In this document: positions 1 through 10,133 of the stretch, piece by piece
Layout: every line of letters begins with the position of its first letter
How positions within the stretch are numbered: the stretch's first letter is position 1
Source: an uncultured Rickettsiales bacterium
GTDB taxonomy: Bacteria; Pseudomonadota; Alphaproteobacteria; Rickettsiales; RGZB01
Direction of reading: 5' to 3'
Length of the DNA: 64,000 bases
Assembly (NCBI GenBank): GCA_964467255.1
Contig: CAYXPR010000001.1
Coordinates: 173,163 to 237,162 of the forward strand
Made by a program: the position numbers and the translations under genes
Notes under the pieces: generated by a model
Seen by the model: only the letters and a program-made list of their open reading frames with translations
Database searches by the model: none
Told to the model about the DNA's origin: nothing

Positions 1-180
1 TTTTTTGCGCTGGCCTTCAATCTGTTCCTGAATGCCTTTGGTGGCTTTAGATTCGTTCAGGATTTTTTTAATGTCGATGATGGCAATCTGACCAGTAGTG
101 GCGTCTTGCGCGGCAGCGAAGGTAGGGGCCAGCAGCACAAAGCTAAGGCACAGTAAAAGGGCGAGTTTAAGCGATTTCAT
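1..180 (-). CDS. OmpH/Skp-family periplasmic chaperone, first 60 codons only (rest runs off the left window edge)
   Basis: Not in the ORF track because it is truncated. My reverse-strand translation from the ATG at 180 is MKSLKLALLLCLSFVLLAPTFAAAQDATTGQIAIIDIKKILNESKATKGIQEQIEGQRKK. This is a signal peptide followed by a Skp-like start. It lies directly downstream of bamA, as in the conserved bamA-skp arrangement. Confidence 0.7.
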   Translation of the reverse strand, partial: MKSLKLALLLCLSFVLLAPTFAAAQDATTGQIAIIDIKKILNESKATKGIQEQIEGQRKK

Positions 181-221
181 AGAGTCCTCATTTTCAAGTA
201 AAATAGTGGGTTATTAGGCAG

Positions 222-2528
222 TTAAAACTTGGTGCCGAAGCTGAAACGGACAAATTCCGTTTGGTCAAAGTCTTCCTTGAGGATGGCGTTGGCGAAGTTG
301 ATTCGCACCGGCCCAAGCGGGGATTTCCACGACAGGCCAGCACCGAGAGAAAGCCTCAGCGACTTTTCATCTACCACCTCAGGGCCCTCATCGTCCACTG
401 TAAAAAGACTGCCGAAGTCAGAAAATATCGCGCCGGAGAAGCCAAGTTCTTCGGCAAAGCCCAGTGGGAAGGATTGTTCGATGGTACCGGCGTAATAGGT
501 ATTGCCGCCAAGACCGTCGCCCGTGGTGATGTCGCGTGGGCCAAGGCCATAGGTTTCAAAGCCGCGGAGCTCGTTGCCGCCGATGAAGAAGCGGTTGTTG
601 ATTTCCACATCGCGCCCGCCATAGCCGAGCACGTTGCCGGTTTTACCGTTTATTTCTAAAATCCACTTGTTGTTAAAGATAGACCAGAAATGGCCAGCGC
701 GTAATTCGTTGCGGAAGAATTTGGAATCCCCGCCGAGGCCGGCTACGTCCTGATTCAGGCGCACATAATAGCCCTCGGTGGGCTCAAACTTGCTGTCGCG
801 TGTGTCGTACATCAGCGTGTGGCCAATGATGGAGGCCGTGGTTTTGCCTTCGCGGTCTTTGATGAAGCGGGAAGCGTCGGGGTCGATGCTTGAGATGTCG
901 TCGCTACGGAACGTGTACTTCACCGAATGTGAAAGATGCTCGCTGAGCGAGTAGGTGGCGCGCAGTGTGCCGCCGTTGGAATCAAGGTCGTAGCTGCGGC
1001 TGATGCGCGAGCTGCTGCCGTCGAGCTTGGTTTTGAACAGGTCAAACCCAGCGGCGACGTTTTTGTCCATGAAGTAAGGTTCGGTGAAGCCGATATCGAA
1101 TTCCTGACGGGCGGCGGAAACGGTGAAGTTTGCACGAATCTGCTGGCCTTTGCCGAGCAGGTTGCGTTCCGAGATGCTGATGTCGCCCAAGGGGCCGTCT
1201 GCCGTGGAGAAGCCTGCGCCCAGTGTGAGTTCGCCGGTGGATTTTTCTTCCACATCGACGTCAATATCCACTTTGTCAGGCACTTCGGCATCCGGTACGT
1301 TTTTAATGTCCACGGTTTTAAAGAACCCGAGATTGTTGATACGCTGCTGCGTACGCTTCAGCTTTGAGGCGTTGTAGGGGTCACCCTCAGCCAAGCGGAA
1401 CTCGCGGCGAATCACCTCATCTAGCGTGCGGGCATTGCCCTGAATATTGATGCGGTTCACGTACACGCGCGGGCCTTCTTTTACGGTGTAGTTGATGCCG
1501 ATGATGTGGTTTGTGGTGTCGCGGTTAAACTGGCTGTCGATATCGACGAACGCGTAACCGAGGTTGCCCAGTTTCTGCGTCATCGCTTCGATGGTTTTTT
1601 CGATGGCCTCAGAATTAAACACGTCCCCTTCCTTGGTGAGGATAAGGCCGCGGAGTGATTCGGTATCAAGGTCCTGCACCTGACTGCTCACATCCATGCG
1701 GCCGAAGTTGTAAGCGGGGCCTTCTTCAATGGCGAACGTAACGAAGAAGGCATCGCGCTCCGGCGTGAGTTCCGCCGTGGCAGACACCACGCGGAAGTCA
1801 GCATAACCGCGTGCTACATAAAAGCGGCGCAGCAGTTCCTGGTCAAAGTTCAGGCGGTCTTGGTCGAACGTATCGTCGCTTGAAAAGAAGCGCCACCATT
1901 TGGTTTCACGTGTTTGCACCACCTCGCGCAGCTTGCGGTCGGAGAAGTTTTTATTGCCTGTGAAGGAGATGTTGCGGATTTCTGTGCGCGCGCCCTCATC
2001 GATTTCAAACACCAGATTTACACGGTTCTGGTCGAGGCGGATGACTTTCGGGGTGATGATGGCAGAGAAGCGGCCGCTTTTTTGGTAGACGTCCAATATG
2101 CGGCGCACATCGTTCTGCACGGCGGTTTTGGTGTAGACCGAGCGGGGGCGCAGCTTGACTTCTTTTTCAAGGTCGGCGTCTTCAATGCGCTTATTCCCCT
2201 CAAAGCTCACTTCGTTCACGATAGGGTTTTCCGCCACGGTGATAACGAGATTGCCTTCGCGGATGGCAAAGGAGACGTCTTCAAACAAGCCGGTGGCGAA
2301 CACGCGTTTTAGGGCCGTGTCAATCGCCTCAGAACTGTGCTTGGAATTTTCGGTAAGCTCAAGGTAGGAGGCCACAGTGCCAGACTCAATACGCTGCGTG
2401 CCTTCAATGACGATGTTGCGGATGGCAATAACATCGCTGGCATCTTGTGCGGAGGCGCGGAACGACGCTACCAGAAGTAGCGTGCCTAGAACGATCCCAC
2501 AAAACCAGCGCTTAGCCATCATCACCAT
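222..2528 (-). CDS. bamA: Outer membrane protein assembly factor BamA (Omp85)
   Basis: 768-aa ORF with a signal peptide (ASFRASAQD), repeated POTRA-like modules (IVIEGTQRI, VSFEGNKRI, ISFTGNKNF, INIQGNARTLDEVIRREF) and a C-terminal beta-barrel ending FSFGTKF. The start could be one of the ATGs a few codons inside (MAKRW). Confidence 0.93.
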   Translation of the reverse strand: MVMMAKRWFCGIVLGTLLLVASFRASAQDASDVIAIRNIVIEGTQRIESGTVASYLELTENSKHSSEAIDTALKRVFATGLFEDVSFAIREGNLVITVAENPIVNEVSFEGNKRIEDADLEKEVKLRPRSVYTKTAVQNDVRRILDVYQKSGRFSAIITPKVIRLDQNRVNLVFEIDEGARTEIRNISFTGNKNFSDRKLREVVQTRETKWWRFFSSDDTFDQDRLNFDQELLRRFYVARGYADFRVVSATAELTPERDAFFVTFAIEEGPAYNFGRMDVSSQVQDLDTESLRGLILTKEGDVFNSEAIEKTIEAMTQKLGNLGYAFVDIDSQFNRDTTNHIIGINYTVKEGPRVYVNRINIQGNARTLDEVIRREFRLAEGDPYNASKLKRTQQRINNLGFFKTVDIKNVPDAEVPDKVDIDVDVEEKSTGELTLGAGFSTADGPLGDISISERNLLGKGQQIRANFTVSAARQEFDIGFTEPYFMDKNVAAGFDLFKTKLDGSSSRISRSYDLDSNGGTLRATYSLSEHLSHSVKYTFRSDDISSIDPDASRFIKDREGKTTASIIGHTLMYDTRDSKFEPTEGYYVRLNQDVAGLGGDSKFFRNELRAGHFWSIFNNKWILEINGKTGNVLGYGGRDVEINNRFFIGGNELRGFETYGLGPRDITTGDGLGGNTYYAGTIEQSFPLGFAEELGFSGAIFSDFGSLFTVDDEGPEVVDEKSLRLSLGAGLSWKSPLGPVRINFANAILKEDFDQTEFVRFSFGTKF

Positions 2529-2539
2529 CGTTTTAGAAA

Positions 2540-3652
2540 CTAGAACCAGCCAAAGTGCCTGATGTCATTAAAGGTGGCAAACAGCATCAGTGCAACGAGT
2601 AGCACCATGCCCACCTTGAAACCATACTCTTGTGCCTTTTCCGCCAATGGCTTACCACTGGCTGCTTCTATGGCGTAATACATCAGGTGGCCGCCGTCAA
2701 GCATTGGAATCGGAAACAGGTTAATCAGCCCCAAGTTGATGGAAAGCAGTGCCATGAACCACAACACCATGCCGAGGCCCTGCTCGGTGGATTGGCCGGA
2801 GAATTTGGCGATGCGCATAATGCCGCTTAGTTCATCGGCACTGCGTTTGCCGGTAATCATCTGCCCCACCGCTTGTAGCGTGCTGGCCGTGATGTTCCAT
2901 GTTTCTTCCACGCTGGCAATAGCGCTTTGTGCAAAGTTGAGCTTGGAATATTCCACACTGCTCGGCGTGATACCGATGATACCCACTTTCACCGTGTTGC
3001 CGAACGCGTCGGTGGTTTCAGACAGTTTGGGGACCAGTGTGCCCTCTGTCAGCTGGCCTTTGCGGTCAATCGTGTAGGTGAGAGCGATGTCCGGATGCAG
3101 GCTGACAATACGGCGGATGTCTTCAAAGCGGGTGATGGCGCTACCATCAATCTCGATAAAGCGGTCACCTGGGAGAATGCCAGCTTCCGCCGCAGCGCTT
3201 TTTTCCATTACGGTGCCGACTTCCGGCAGGCTGATGGGGCGGCCATAGACCATGAACAAGCCCGTTAGCACTACCATGGCGAACAGGAAATTCACGGCAG
3301 GGCCGGCAAACACAATCGCGGCTTTCTGGTGCAGGGGCTTATACTGGAAGGCGACCTTCTTCTCCTTGGCGGTCATTTTTTTCAGTTTTTTGTTGTCGGG
3401 CGTGCTGGCGGCGGTTTCATCGCCGAACATTTTTACGTAGCCGCCGAGGGGGAATAAACTTACCTTCCAGCGCGTGCCTTTTTTATCGTTCCAACCGAAA
3501 ATTTCTGGACCAAATCCGATGGAGAAAGAATCCACCTTCACACCACACAGGCGGGCGATGTAAAAATGACCAAATTCATGCACAAAAACGATGATTGAAA
3601 TGATGGCAATGAACGAGGCGCTGTAGTGTAAAAGCTGAATGACGGATTCCAT
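2540..3652 (-). CDS. rseP: RIP metalloprotease RseP (site-2 protease, M50)
   Basis: 370 aa with an HEFGH zinc motif near the N-terminus, a central PDZ-like region (AAEAGILPGDRFIEIDG) and a C-terminal LNLGLINLFPIPMLDGG motif. Sits in the conserved dxr-rseP-bamA context. Confidence 0.92.
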   Translation of the reverse strand: MESVIQLLHYSASFIAIISIIVFVHEFGHFYIARLCGVKVDSFSIGFGPEIFGWNDKKGTRWKVSLFPLGGYVKMFGDETAASTPDNKKLKKMTAKEKKVAFQYKPLHQKAAIVFAGPAVNFLFAMVVLTGLFMVYGRPISLPEVGTVMEKSAAAEAGILPGDRFIEIDGSAITRFEDIRRIVSLHPDIALTYTIDRKGQLTEGTLVPKLSETTDAFGNTVKVGIIGITPSSVEYSKLNFAQSAIASVEETWNITASTLQAVGQMITGKRSADELSGIMRIAKFSGQSTEQGLGMVLWFMALLSINLGLINLFPIPMLDGGHLMYYAIEAASGKPLAEKAQEYGFKVGMVLLVALMLFATFNDIRHFGWF

Positions 3653-3672
3653 GATGATTTATGCTTCTTTTT

Positions 3673-4875
3673 CTAGTTTAAGTTTTTAATAAGATTGTTC
3701 ACGTAAATTCTTGTTTTTAAGTCTATATCATTAACTGCATCAACCGTTTTTAGCGTGGCGTTATTAGCCAGCGCATCGATAGCTTTTTCAACGGTTTCCG
3801 CAATGTCGAGGAAGCCGATAGTGCCATCGAGGAAATGCTGCACACACACCTCGTTGGCGGCATTCAAAATAGCAGGGGCATTGCCGCCATTTTGCAGGGC
3901 TGTTTTGGCCAGCCGAATGGCGGGGAATTTTTCTTCATCGGGTGCTTCAAACGTGAGCTTGCCGTGCGCAGTTAAATCGAGCCGCGAGGTGTTGGTGGTG
4001 ATGCGCTGCGGCCATGCTAAAGTGTGAGCAATCGGCACGCGCATATCCGGCGTGCTCATACCAGCCAGCACCGAGCCATCGGTGTAATGCACGAGACCGT
4101 GGATGATGGATTCAGGGTGCACAATCACATCGATTTGGTTTTTTTCGAGCGGGAAGAGGTAATAGGCTTCGATAATTTCGAGGCCCTTATTCATCATGGT
4201 GGCGGAATCGATAGAAATTTTTGCGCCCATGCTCCAATTCGGGTGCTTCACGGCTTGCGCGGCAGTCACGGCTTTCAGCGCTTCTTTCGGCGTGGTGCGG
4301 AAAGGCCCGCCGGATGCGGTGAGCGTAATTTTTTCAACCGTTTCGGGCTTTTCAAAATCAAAAGACTGGAAGATGGCATTGTGCTCAGAGTCCACGGGGA
4401 GCAGTGTTGCGCCGGATTTTTTGGCAGCTTCCAGCACTAAATCACCCGCGCAGACCAAGCATTCTTTATTGGCAAGTGCAACCATGCCGCCGCGGCGGAT
4501 GGCGGCGAGGGTGGGCGGTAGTGCGGCCGCGCCGACGATGGCGGAGATCGTCCAGTCCGCATCCATCTCCGCAGCTTCGACCACGGCTTTAGCGCCAGCA
4601 CCGATTTTAATGTTGCTGCCCTCTAAGCCTGCCTTTAATTGGGCGTAATGGCCTTCTTCTTCGATGGCGACAAAGGCGGGGCGCAGTTCCAAAGCCTGCT
4701 GGACTAACAAGTCCACGTTGTTTTTGGAGGCAAGTGCCACCACGCGATAGCGCTCAGGCGCTTGTTTAATAAGGTCAATTGTGCTGCGGCCAATAGAGCC
4801 CGTAGCACCAAGAACGGAAACGCTCTTTGGCTGGGTGGCGGGCGTGATAACTGGTTTAGCCGCTTTAAAATTCAT
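3673..4875 (-). CDS. dxr: 1-deoxy-D-xylulose 5-phosphate reductoisomerase
   Basis: Has the GATGSIG NADPH motif, plus LANKE and SEH motifs. The longest ORF begins at a TTG (4905). I prefer the ATG at 4875 (MNFKAAKP), which overlaps the cdsA stop in ATGAATTTTAA. Confidence 0.92.
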   Translation of the reverse strand: MNFKAAKPVITPATQPKSVSVLGATGSIGRSTIDLIKQAPERYRVVALASKNNVDLLVQQALELRPAFVAIEEEGHYAQLKAGLEGSNIKIGAGAKAVVEAAEMDADWTISAIVGAAALPPTLAAIRRGGMVALANKECLVCAGDLVLEAAKKSGATLLPVDSEHNAIFQSFDFEKPETVEKITLTASGGPFRTTPKEALKAVTAAQAVKHPNWSMGAKISIDSATMMNKGLEIIEAYYLFPLEKNQIDVIVHPESIIHGLVHYTDGSVLAGMSTPDMRVPIAHTLAWPQRITTNTSRLDLTAHGKLTFEAPDEEKFPAIRLAKTALQNGGNAPAILNAANEVCVQHFLDGTIGFLDIAETVEKAIDALANNATLKTVDAVNDIDLKTRIYVNNLIKNLN

Positions 4876-5623
4876 ATCCGTAAACGCTGTAAACAAGCAG
4901 TGCAAATGCTGGTGCTGCGAACATTAATCCGTCCACGCGGTCGAGTATGCCGCCATGGCCGGGAATGATGTTGCCGCTATCTTTTACACCAAAACGCCGC
5001 TTAACCCAAGACTCAAATAAGTCCCCCGCCTGCGAAATGACGGCAAATGCCATGCCGACAATGAAAGGCTGCGCTGGCATGGTGACAAGCACCTGCCAGA
5101 AAACACTTTGCCGGAGTAGTATTTCTGAAACTGCCGCAGCACAGGCTATGCCGCCAATGAGCCCTGCCCATGTTTTTTTCGGGCTGATGCGTGGGGCGAG
5201 TTTTGGGCCGCCAATAGCACGCCCTGCGGCATAGGCGCCGATGTCGGTTGCCCACACCACGGCCATGAGCCAAATAAGTGGGTGGGCGGAGGGGTCTTTT
5301 AAGGTGGTGTCGCAGGGCGCAATCATGTCAAGAAAAGGGGCGCACATGGGCAGGGGAAGAAGGCGGATATAGAGGATGGCGGCGACGGGCAGGGCGATGT
5401 AAAAAATGCCGCCAATCCACCATGAAATAACCGCATTTTTTGATTTAAGTGATGCTTCAGGAATTTTATTTAATATCATGTTTTTCCACTCGAATAACAT
5501 AATGCATGCCGCAACAACAACGAAGGCTGAAAAACTCCAGCCGCCGAGCACTGTCACACCGATGGCAAGGGGAATCAGCACCAGTGCAGAGAGGGTTCGT
5601 TGTACAAGATTACTGAGTGCCAC
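4865..5623 (-). CDS. cdsA: Phosphatidate cytidylyltransferase
   Basis: 252-aa polytopic membrane protein carrying the CdsA signature SWVKRRFGVKDSGNIIPGHGGILDRVD. Confidence 0.9.
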   Translation of the reverse strand: MALSNLVQRTLSALVLIPLAIGVTVLGGWSFSAFVVVAACIMLFEWKNMILNKIPEASLKSKNAVISWWIGGIFYIALPVAAILYIRLLPLPMCAPFLDMIAPCDTTLKDPSAHPLIWLMAVVWATDIGAYAAGRAIGGPKLAPRISPKKTWAGLIGGIACAAAVSEILLRQSVFWQVLVTMPAQPFIVGMAFAVISQAGDLFESWVKRRFGVKDSGNIIPGHGGILDRVDGLMFAAPAFALLVYSVYGYEF

Positions 5624-5640
5624 GGGGCTCTCCTTCGTGG

Positions 5641-6387
5641 CTAGGAATTGGCGGCGCTTAGGGCACCGTTTTCAGATGCATTTTCAGCCTGCTCAGAGGT
5701 GCCGCCGAAGCGGCGCTGACGGCGACCAAATTCTTCCACTGCAGCCTTCATGGATTCGAGGTTAAAATCAGGCCAGAGCATGTCCGTAAAATAAAACTCA
5801 GTGTAAGCACACTGCCAGAGCAGGAAGTTGCTGATGCGTTCCTCACCACCCGTGCGGATGAGCAGGTCAGGGTCGGGGATACCGGTTGTGTAAAGATAGG
5901 CGGAGAAGGTTTCTTCTGAAATATCCTCCGGTGTGATTTTTCCGGCGGCGACATCGGCGGCAATTTTTGTGGCCGCGTGACTGATTTCCTGACGGCTGCC
6001 ATAACTTAAGGCAAGGTTTAGGAAGAGCTTGGTGTTGTCTTTCGTGAGGGCCTCGGCTTTTTCGACACGCTTTCTAATGTCGGCATCCAAGCGCGCAATA
6101 TCGCCAATCACCTTCAGGCAAATACCGTTTTTGTGCAGGTTATTGATTTCATGGTCGAGGTAGTAACGCAGCAGCTGCATTAAATCACTCACCTCACCAG
6201 CGGGGCGTTTCCAGTTTTCAGAGGAAAAAGCGTATAGTGTGAGGTAAGGGATGCCAAGCGTGATGCAGCTTTCCATCGCTTCTTTTGCGGCATCGGCACC
6301 TTTTTTGTGCCCACGCGTGCGCGACATCTTCCGCGCAGTAGCCCAGCGACCATTTCCGTCCATGATGATGGCAATGTGCTTTAGCAT
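5641..6387 (-). CDS. uppS: Undecaprenyl diphosphate synthase
   Basis: Starts HIAIIMDGNGRWA, then FSSENWKRP and a RTGGEERISNFLLWQ motif. Confidence 0.93.
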   Translation of the reverse strand: MLKHIAIIMDGNGRWATARKMSRTRGHKKGADAAKEAMESCITLGIPYLTLYAFSSENWKRPAGEVSDLMQLLRYYLDHEINNLHKNGICLKVIGDIARLDADIRKRVEKAEALTKDNTKLFLNLALSYGSRQEISHAATKIAADVAAGKITPEDISEETFSAYLYTTGIPDPDLLIRTGGEERISNFLLWQCAYTEFYFTDMLWPDFNLESMKAAVEEFGRRQRRFGGTSEQAENASENGALSAANS

Positions 6388-6426
6388 GTGCGGCGCTGCC
6401 CCTTTCTCACGGGCGTTATTCGGTCA

Positions 6427-6981
6427 TCAGACCGTCATGATTTCTTTTTCTTTATTCTTCAGCAGCTCGTCCACTTTGCCGATGAATTCATCGGTGAGTT
6501 TCTGCACCTGATCGCTTTTACCGCGGGATTCATCTTCAGAAATGGCTTTGTCTTTTTCCATTTTCTTGAAACCGTCCATGCCGTCGCGGCGGATGTTGCG
6601 GATGGCAACGCGTGCGGTTTCAGCAAATTTATGCGCCACTTTCACCAGTTCTTTGCGGCGTTCTTCCGAAAGGTCGGGCATGGGGATGCGTACGAGCTGG
6701 CCGTCTACCGATGGGTTGAGGCCAAGGTTTGCCGCGCGAATGGCTTTTTCTACCGAGGCAACGAGACCTTTGTCCCACACTTGCACGGTGAGCATGCGCG
6801 GCTCTGGCGCGCTCACGGAACCGGTTTGGTTAATCGGCATCATGCTGCCATAGGCTTCTACCTGCACACCATCCAGCAAGCTGGTGGAGGCACGGCCCGT
6901 GCGCAGGCCAGACAGTTCTTGTTTGAAGGATGCTGCAGCACCTTCCATACGACGTTTTAAATCATTCAAATCAGCAGCCAT
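6427..6981 (-). CDS. frr: Ribosome recycling factor
   Basis: 184 aa, reads as typical RRF throughout ([26 protein letters not shown]). Confidence 0.93.
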   Translation of the reverse strand: MAADLNDLKRRMEGAAASFKQELSGLRTGRASTSLLDGVQVEAYGSMMPINQTGSVSAPEPRMLTVQVWDKGLVASVEKAIRAANLGLNPSVDGQLVRIPMPDLSEERRKELVKVAHKFAETARVAIRNIRRDGMDGFKKMEKDKAISEDESRGKSDQVQKLTDEFIGKVDELLKNKEKEIMTV

Positions 6982-7001
6982 GAGACAGAACCTCCGGATG
7001 G

Positions 7002-7751
7002 TTAATCAATAATTGTGAATTTGCCTTTGCCTTCCACCACTTTGGCAAACTCGCCATGCGTGTGGATGGAAAACACAAGAATCGGTAATTTATTTTCACG
7101 CGAGAGCGATACAGCCGAAGCATCCATCACGTTCAAATCATTGTTCAGCACGTCTTTATAGCTGAGGCGGTCATAGCGCTTGGCTTTTTTATCCTTCTTC
7201 GGATCAGCGGAATAGACGCCATCCACTTGCGTGCCTTTGATCAGCGCATCGCAGCGCATTTCCACCGCACGCAGCGCAGCAGCCGTGTCAGTGGTGAAGA
7301 ACGGGTTGCCCGTGCCTGCAGCGAAAATCACCACGCGGCCTTTTTCCATGTGGCGGATGGCGCGGCGGCGAATGTAAGGTTCGCACACTGTCATCATAGG
7401 GATGGCGGAAAGTACGCGCGTGTTTACACCCATTTTTTCAAGCGTGTTTTGCAGCGCGAGGGAGTTGATAACCGTGGCCAGCATGCCCATGTAGTCAGCC
7501 GCTGCGCGGTCCATACCCGCTGCAGCACCGGCGATGCCGCGGTAAATATTGCCGCCGCCCACCACCAGGCATATCTCTACGCCCTTGCGGTTTACGTCTT
7601 TGATTTCATTGCAAATACGCAGGAGCGTTTCGAGGTCATGACCGTAACTGCCGGGGCCCATTAAGGCTTCGCCCGAAAGCTTCAGCAGCACGCGCTTATA
7701 TTTCAGCGCGCCCGATGCTGCTTTGGGTGTTACGACTTTGACCTTCGACAT
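7002..7751 (-). CDS. pyrH: UMP kinase
   Basis: [14 protein letters not shown] start, GGGNIYRG and [20 protein letters not shown] motifs. Confidence 0.94.
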   Translation of the reverse strand: MSKVKVVTPKAASGALKYKRVLLKLSGEALMGPGSYGHDLETLLRICNEIKDVNRKGVEICLVVGGGNIYRGIAGAAAGMDRAAADYMGMLATVINSLALQNTLEKMGVNTRVLSAIPMMTVCEPYIRRRAIRHMEKGRVVIFAAGTGNPFFTTDTAAALRAVEMRCDALIKGTQVDGVYSADPKKDKKAKRYDRLSYKDVLNNDLNVMDASAVSLSRENKLPILVFSIHTHGEFAKVVEGKGKFTIID

Positions 7752-7790
7752 GCCGGCTTCCTCCTACCGCCTTAAACAAGCGGTGTTTGA

Positions 7791-8717
7791 TTAGCGCTGG
7801 CCGACTGCGGCTGCCACTTCATCGGCAAAGTTCTTCTCTTCCTTCTGAACACCTTCGCCTAAGGCAAAACGCACAAAGCCAGTGACTTTCACCGGAGCGC
7901 CAATTTCCTTCGCAGCGTTTTCTACCGCTTCGCGGACTTTGGTTTTGCCGTCAATCACGAACAGCTGCTCCAGCAGTACCACTTCTTCATAGAACTTCCG
8001 GATGCGACCTTCAATCATCTTTTCAATGATGTTCTCTGGTTTGCCGGAAGCGCGGGCCTGATCCGCGAAAATTTCGCGTTCGCGCTGAACGAGAGACTGG
8101 TCGAGCGATTCAGTGTTCAGCGATTCTGGGCGGGCAGCAGCGATGTGCATCGCAATCTGCTTGCCGAGGTTCTGAAGTTTATTCTTGTCGCCCGTGGATT
8201 CCAGCGCCACCAGCACAGCAATTTTGCCCATGCCTTCTGCAATGGCGTTGTGCAGGTAGGTGGCAACAACGCCCGTGCCCACTTCCAAAAAGGCCGTGCG
8301 GCGCAGCGTGAGGTTTTCACCAATCGTGGCGATACCATCTACCACTAGCTCTTCTACTTTTTTGCCGTTAGCAGACTGAACTTTCAATGCTTCCAAATTA
8401 CCTTTCGCAACCAGTGCGCTGTTGGCAACGGTTTTCACCAGCTGCTGGAACTTTTCGTTTTTGGAAACGAAGTCAGTTTCAGAGTTGATTTCCACCAGTG
8501 CGGCAGCATTTTCACCTTTGCTGGCGATGCCCACGAGGCCTTCTGCTGCAACGCGTCCAGCCTTTTTTGCGGCACCGGAAATGCCTTTTTTACGCAGCCA
8601 GTCAACGGCGGCTTCAAAGTCACCCTTCGTTTCGGCGAGGGCCTTTTTGCAGTCCATCATCCCAGCACCGGTTTTTTCGCGCAGTTCTTTTACGATTGTT
8701 GCGGTAATTTCAGCCAT
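7791..8717 (-). CDS. tsf: Elongation factor Ts
   Basis: N-terminus [24 protein letters not shown] (UBA-like). Full-length 308 aa. Confidence 0.95.
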   Translation of the reverse strand: MAEITATIVKELREKTGAGMMDCKKALAETKGDFEAAVDWLRKKGISGAAKKAGRVAAEGLVGIASKGENAAALVEINSETDFVSKNEKFQQLVKTVANSALVAKGNLEALKVQSANGKKVEELVVDGIATIGENLTLRRTAFLEVGTGVVATYLHNAIAEGMGKIAVLVALESTGDKNKLQNLGKQIAMHIAAARPESLNTESLDQSLVQREREIFADQARASGKPENIIEKMIEGRIRKFYEEVVLLEQLFVIDGKTKVREAVENAAKEIGAPVKVTGFVRFALGEGVQKEEKNFADEVAAAVGQR

Positions 8718-8775
8718 GACTTTTGTCCTTCCGTTTATGGAAATTGAATCCGTGATTTAAGTGTAGCGTGCGAGC

Positions 8776-9651
8776 TTAAGAAGCAGCAGCGGCTTTAGCC
8801 GGAGCTTCGTCTGCGCTTTCTTCAGCAGACTTAGCGGCGGGCTTCTTCGCAACAGGCTTTTTGCCTTTTGCACCAGCAGGGCCTTTGCCTTTGGCGCCTT
8901 CGCCCAACGCTTTTTCCTGTGGGTTTTCAGAAGCGCCCAGATCCACACCAGAATGGGCAAGGCCACCTTCAATACCGGCCAACACCGTGTCGGAAATCAG
9001 CTGGCAGTAAAGCTGGATGGCGCGCGTGGCGTCATCGTTGCCTGGGATTGGGTGAGTGATGCCATCCGGATCGGAGTTGCTGTCCAGAATTGCAACGACC
9101 GGAATACCGAGGCGCTGCGCTTCTTTAATGGCGAGGTCTTCTTTGTTCGTGTCGACAACGAACAGAATGTCAGGCAGGCCACCCATGTCTTTGATGCCGC
9201 CCAAGGAGCGTTCCAGCTTTTCTTTGCCGCGCGCAACTTGCAGCAGCTCTTTTTTAGAACGGATGCTGTTTTCTTCCGCCAGAATTGCATCATATTCGCG
9301 TAAGGTGCGGATAGACTGGGACACCGTATTCCAGTTGGTGAGCATGCCGCCCAGCCAGCGGTGGTTTACGTAATATTGACCGCAGCGTTTTGCCGCTTCA
9401 GCGATGAATGGGGAAGCCTGACGCTTCGTGCCCACGAACAGCACGCGGCCATTTTTCGCAGTCACATCATACACGGCCTGCATGGCACGGTAGAGCATCG
9501 GCACAGTCTGCTGAAGGTCGATGATATGTACACCGGTGCGTTCACCGAAGATGTACGGCTTCATTTTTGGGTTCCAGCGCAGCGTTTTGTGGCCGAAGTG
9601 AACACCAGCATCAAGCAGCTGGCGCATCGAGAATTTAGGAAGATTAGACAT
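8776..9651 (-). CDS. rpsB: 30S ribosomal protein S2 with a Lys/Ala/Pro-rich C-terminal tail
   Basis: [22 protein letters not shown] start. The last ~50 residues are a low-complexity K/A/G/P tail. Confidence 0.95.
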   Translation of the reverse strand: MSNLPKFSMRQLLDAGVHFGHKTLRWNPKMKPYIFGERTGVHIIDLQQTVPMLYRAMQAVYDVTAKNGRVLFVGTKRQASPFIAEAAKRCGQYYVNHRWLGGMLTNWNTVSQSIRTLREYDAILAEENSIRSKKELLQVARGKEKLERSLGGIKDMGGLPDILFVVDTNKEDLAIKEAQRLGIPVVAILDSNSDPDGITHPIPGNDDATRAIQLYCQLISDTVLAGIEGGLAHSGVDLGASENPQEKALGEGAKGKGPAGAKGKKPVAKKPAAKSAEESADEAPAKAAAAS

Positions 9652-9685
9652 GGTAATAATAACTCCAATTTATCGGTTGTTCCTC

Positions 9686-9746
9686 CGCAGAAAATGTGGA
9701 GCCTCTAAAAGAAGCACCGAATGGCTGGAAAGCCTTGTTTTCTGCG
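9686..9746 (-). promoter_or_regulatory. Candidate structured rpsB 5-prime leader (long-range 9-bp stem)
   Basis: On the rpsB-sense strand, CGCAGAAAA (complement of 9738..9746) pairs with TTTTCTGCG (complement of 9686..9694) and encloses 43 nt. The stem ends about 35 nt upstream of the rpsB ATG. Confidence 0.3.
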
Positions 9747-9924
9747 TGTGAAATGCCCCTGTAAGGGGTTCCCCGCTTTATGCAGGGAGCGCTTAATTAC
9801 CCCGTTTGGGGGTGTTTTGCAAGTAAAATCAGGGGGCTGTGGTGCGATTTACCCTTGGAGGGGTGGCCCACAATATAATATACTGCCCAGAGACAGCGAT
9901 TATAGGTGTAGATGGGGTAGTGGT

Positions 9925-10107
9925 ATGTTATTGATAATTCTGGCCGTTATGCTTGCGGTTGTGGTGGTGATGGTCATCGGCGTGGTGCTCATGGCCAAGG
10001 GCGGAAAAGCCAATGAAAAATATGGCAATAAACTGATGGTGGCCCGCGTGACACTGCAGGGCTTGGCGGTGTTGCTGCTGGGCATGATGTATTTCGTGAA
10101 GCATTAA
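9925..10107 (+). CDS. Twin-transmembrane-helix small protein (HIG1-like)
   Basis: The in-frame ATG at 9925 gives a 60-aa product, MLLIILAVMLAVVVVMVIGVVLMAKGGKANEKYGNKLMVARVTLQGLAVLLLGMMYFVKH. It has two hydrophobic helices joined by the MAKGG...NKLM..RV.LQG motif typical of bacterial HIG1-domain proteins. The 68 codons upstream in the track ORF (9721) look non-coding. Confidence 0.7.
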   Translation: MLLIILAVMLAVVVVMVIGVVLMAKGGKANEKYGNKLMVARVTLQGLAVLLLGMMYFVKH

Positions 10108-10133
10108 TAAGATAATAAGAAGAGAGAGAGCGA

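Noticed and set aside
1903-1916. A parS-like half-site, GTTTCACGTGTTTG, inside bamA.
   Set aside because: Only the left half matches TGTTTCACGTGAAACA and the right half is not complementary. It lies within coding sequence and is most likely chance.
8757-8972. A 71-aa Lys/Leu-rich ORF, plus 8868..9059 (+), overlapping the rpsB 3-prime end.
   Set aside because: These are alternative-frame readings of the low-complexity K/A/P tail of S2. The repeat composition keeps several frames open.
9721-9924. A 68-codon N-terminal extension of the HIG1-like ORF in the track (128 aa).
   Set aside because: The extension is Cys/Arg/Gly-rich and overlaps the rpsB leader and promoter region. The family is ~60 aa long, and an in-frame ATG at 9925 gives exactly the conserved twin-TM protein.
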